NCBI GenBank assembly: GCA_008632985.1
Contig: QPGO01000027.1
Location: 682,001-714,191 of the forward strand
DNA length: 32,191 nucleotides
Direction of reading: 5' to 3'
From: Psammoneis japonica
Taxonomy: Eukaryota
The position numbers were made by a program, and so were the translations under genes. Shown here in pieces: positions 31,539 through 32,191 of the stretch (positions are counted from its first letter, which is position 1; every line of letters begins with the position of its first letter). The notes below the pieces were generated by a model, which saw only the letters and a list, made by a program, of their open reading frames with translations, did no database searches and was not told the DNA's origin.

Positions 31539-32191
31539 ATGAGTTTTGGGAACACGAACGAAGACCTGCCCAAGCCACTGCTGGCAGGGCAAGTCCTTGC
31601 GAGTTTCTCAAATTTATCATTGCTCGCCTACCAAGAAGATATCATCAATGCACTATTGGAAACGATACAGCTCGGTGATATTGCTGTACTTATCTTTATG
31701 GGATGGGCAATTCTTCCTATATCCAGATTAATCTATGACTTATACTTTCGTGGAAACAAGGGACCGGGCGAGCTTACAAATCTGTCTTCAAGAAGTAACT
31801 CGAGTGAATTCGACGCTGATGTTGATCNTTCTTCTCTTTCATTGACGTTTATGGTTGCCAACAGCGACAGGTCAGATTGCTCAAACTAGGCTGTCTGGTC
31901 TACACTTTGACTTAGTCATCATTGTTTGGGATGTCGCCACACCGGATCATGACTTGAAAGAATTGAAATTAGTTTGAAATTCGCAACAGTTAGTCTAATG
32001 TCCTGGCGCGCTGTTCGTTTGATGACGGTTAAACAGTATCTTCTCTGCCTCGCGGTCCGTCGACCACTAAAACAAGCTTGGGAAAGTTGGAGTCTATGAC
32101 CGGATCCTTGATATTTTATCCTCGTCTCGTTGGCTGTTGCTGTGTTGGATATTCTGATTTTGATTTGGGTCCAGGTCTGGCATCTCTGTTT
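31539..32191 (+). pseudogene. N-terminal part of a multi-pass membrane protein, possibly MscS-like mechanosensitive channel; frame broken, runs off the window
   Basis: IQLGDIAVLIFMGWAILPISR, then fragments in shifted frames (QIAQ..LVY..DLVIIV; KLGKVGVYDRILDI; LDIL) that resemble diatom MscS N-termini as I recall them. Multiple indels and an N at 31828 point to poor consensus or decay. The MscS core is not in the window. Confidence 0.4.

Overview
Eukaryotic genomic DNA, most likely a pennate diatom (inferred from gene content: short GT-AG introns, helicase-associated (HA) domain expansion, bipartite plastid-type leader, Cys-rich pLGIC). The gene-dense part holds an HA-domain protein, a frameshifted secreted lipase-like gene, FAB1/PIKfyve (7 exons including a 15-nt microexon), a secreted LEA-like protein, TRAPPC9/Trs120, a GCIP-domain protein, a small 2-TM protein, a 9-unit HA-repeat pseudogene, cyclophilin H, a Cys-loop-type channel with a duplicated extracellular region, an LMW-PTP-fold pseudophosphatase, and a broken MscS-like gene at the right edge. 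The most striking signal is a mutational footprint confined to repeated or decayed DNA (~20.1-21.1 kb, 27.2-28.9 kb, 29.3-31.2 kb). There, both CpG and TpA are strongly depleted (nearly erased in the two right-hand blocks). Aligned HA repeat copies show TpA converted independently to TpG or CpA. CpG loss fits 5mC deamination, but TpA loss does not. This suggests a repeat-targeted, RIP-like A:T>G:C hypermutation process that I do not recognise as described. All family calls come from motif recognition, not database searches, and all counts are by hand.
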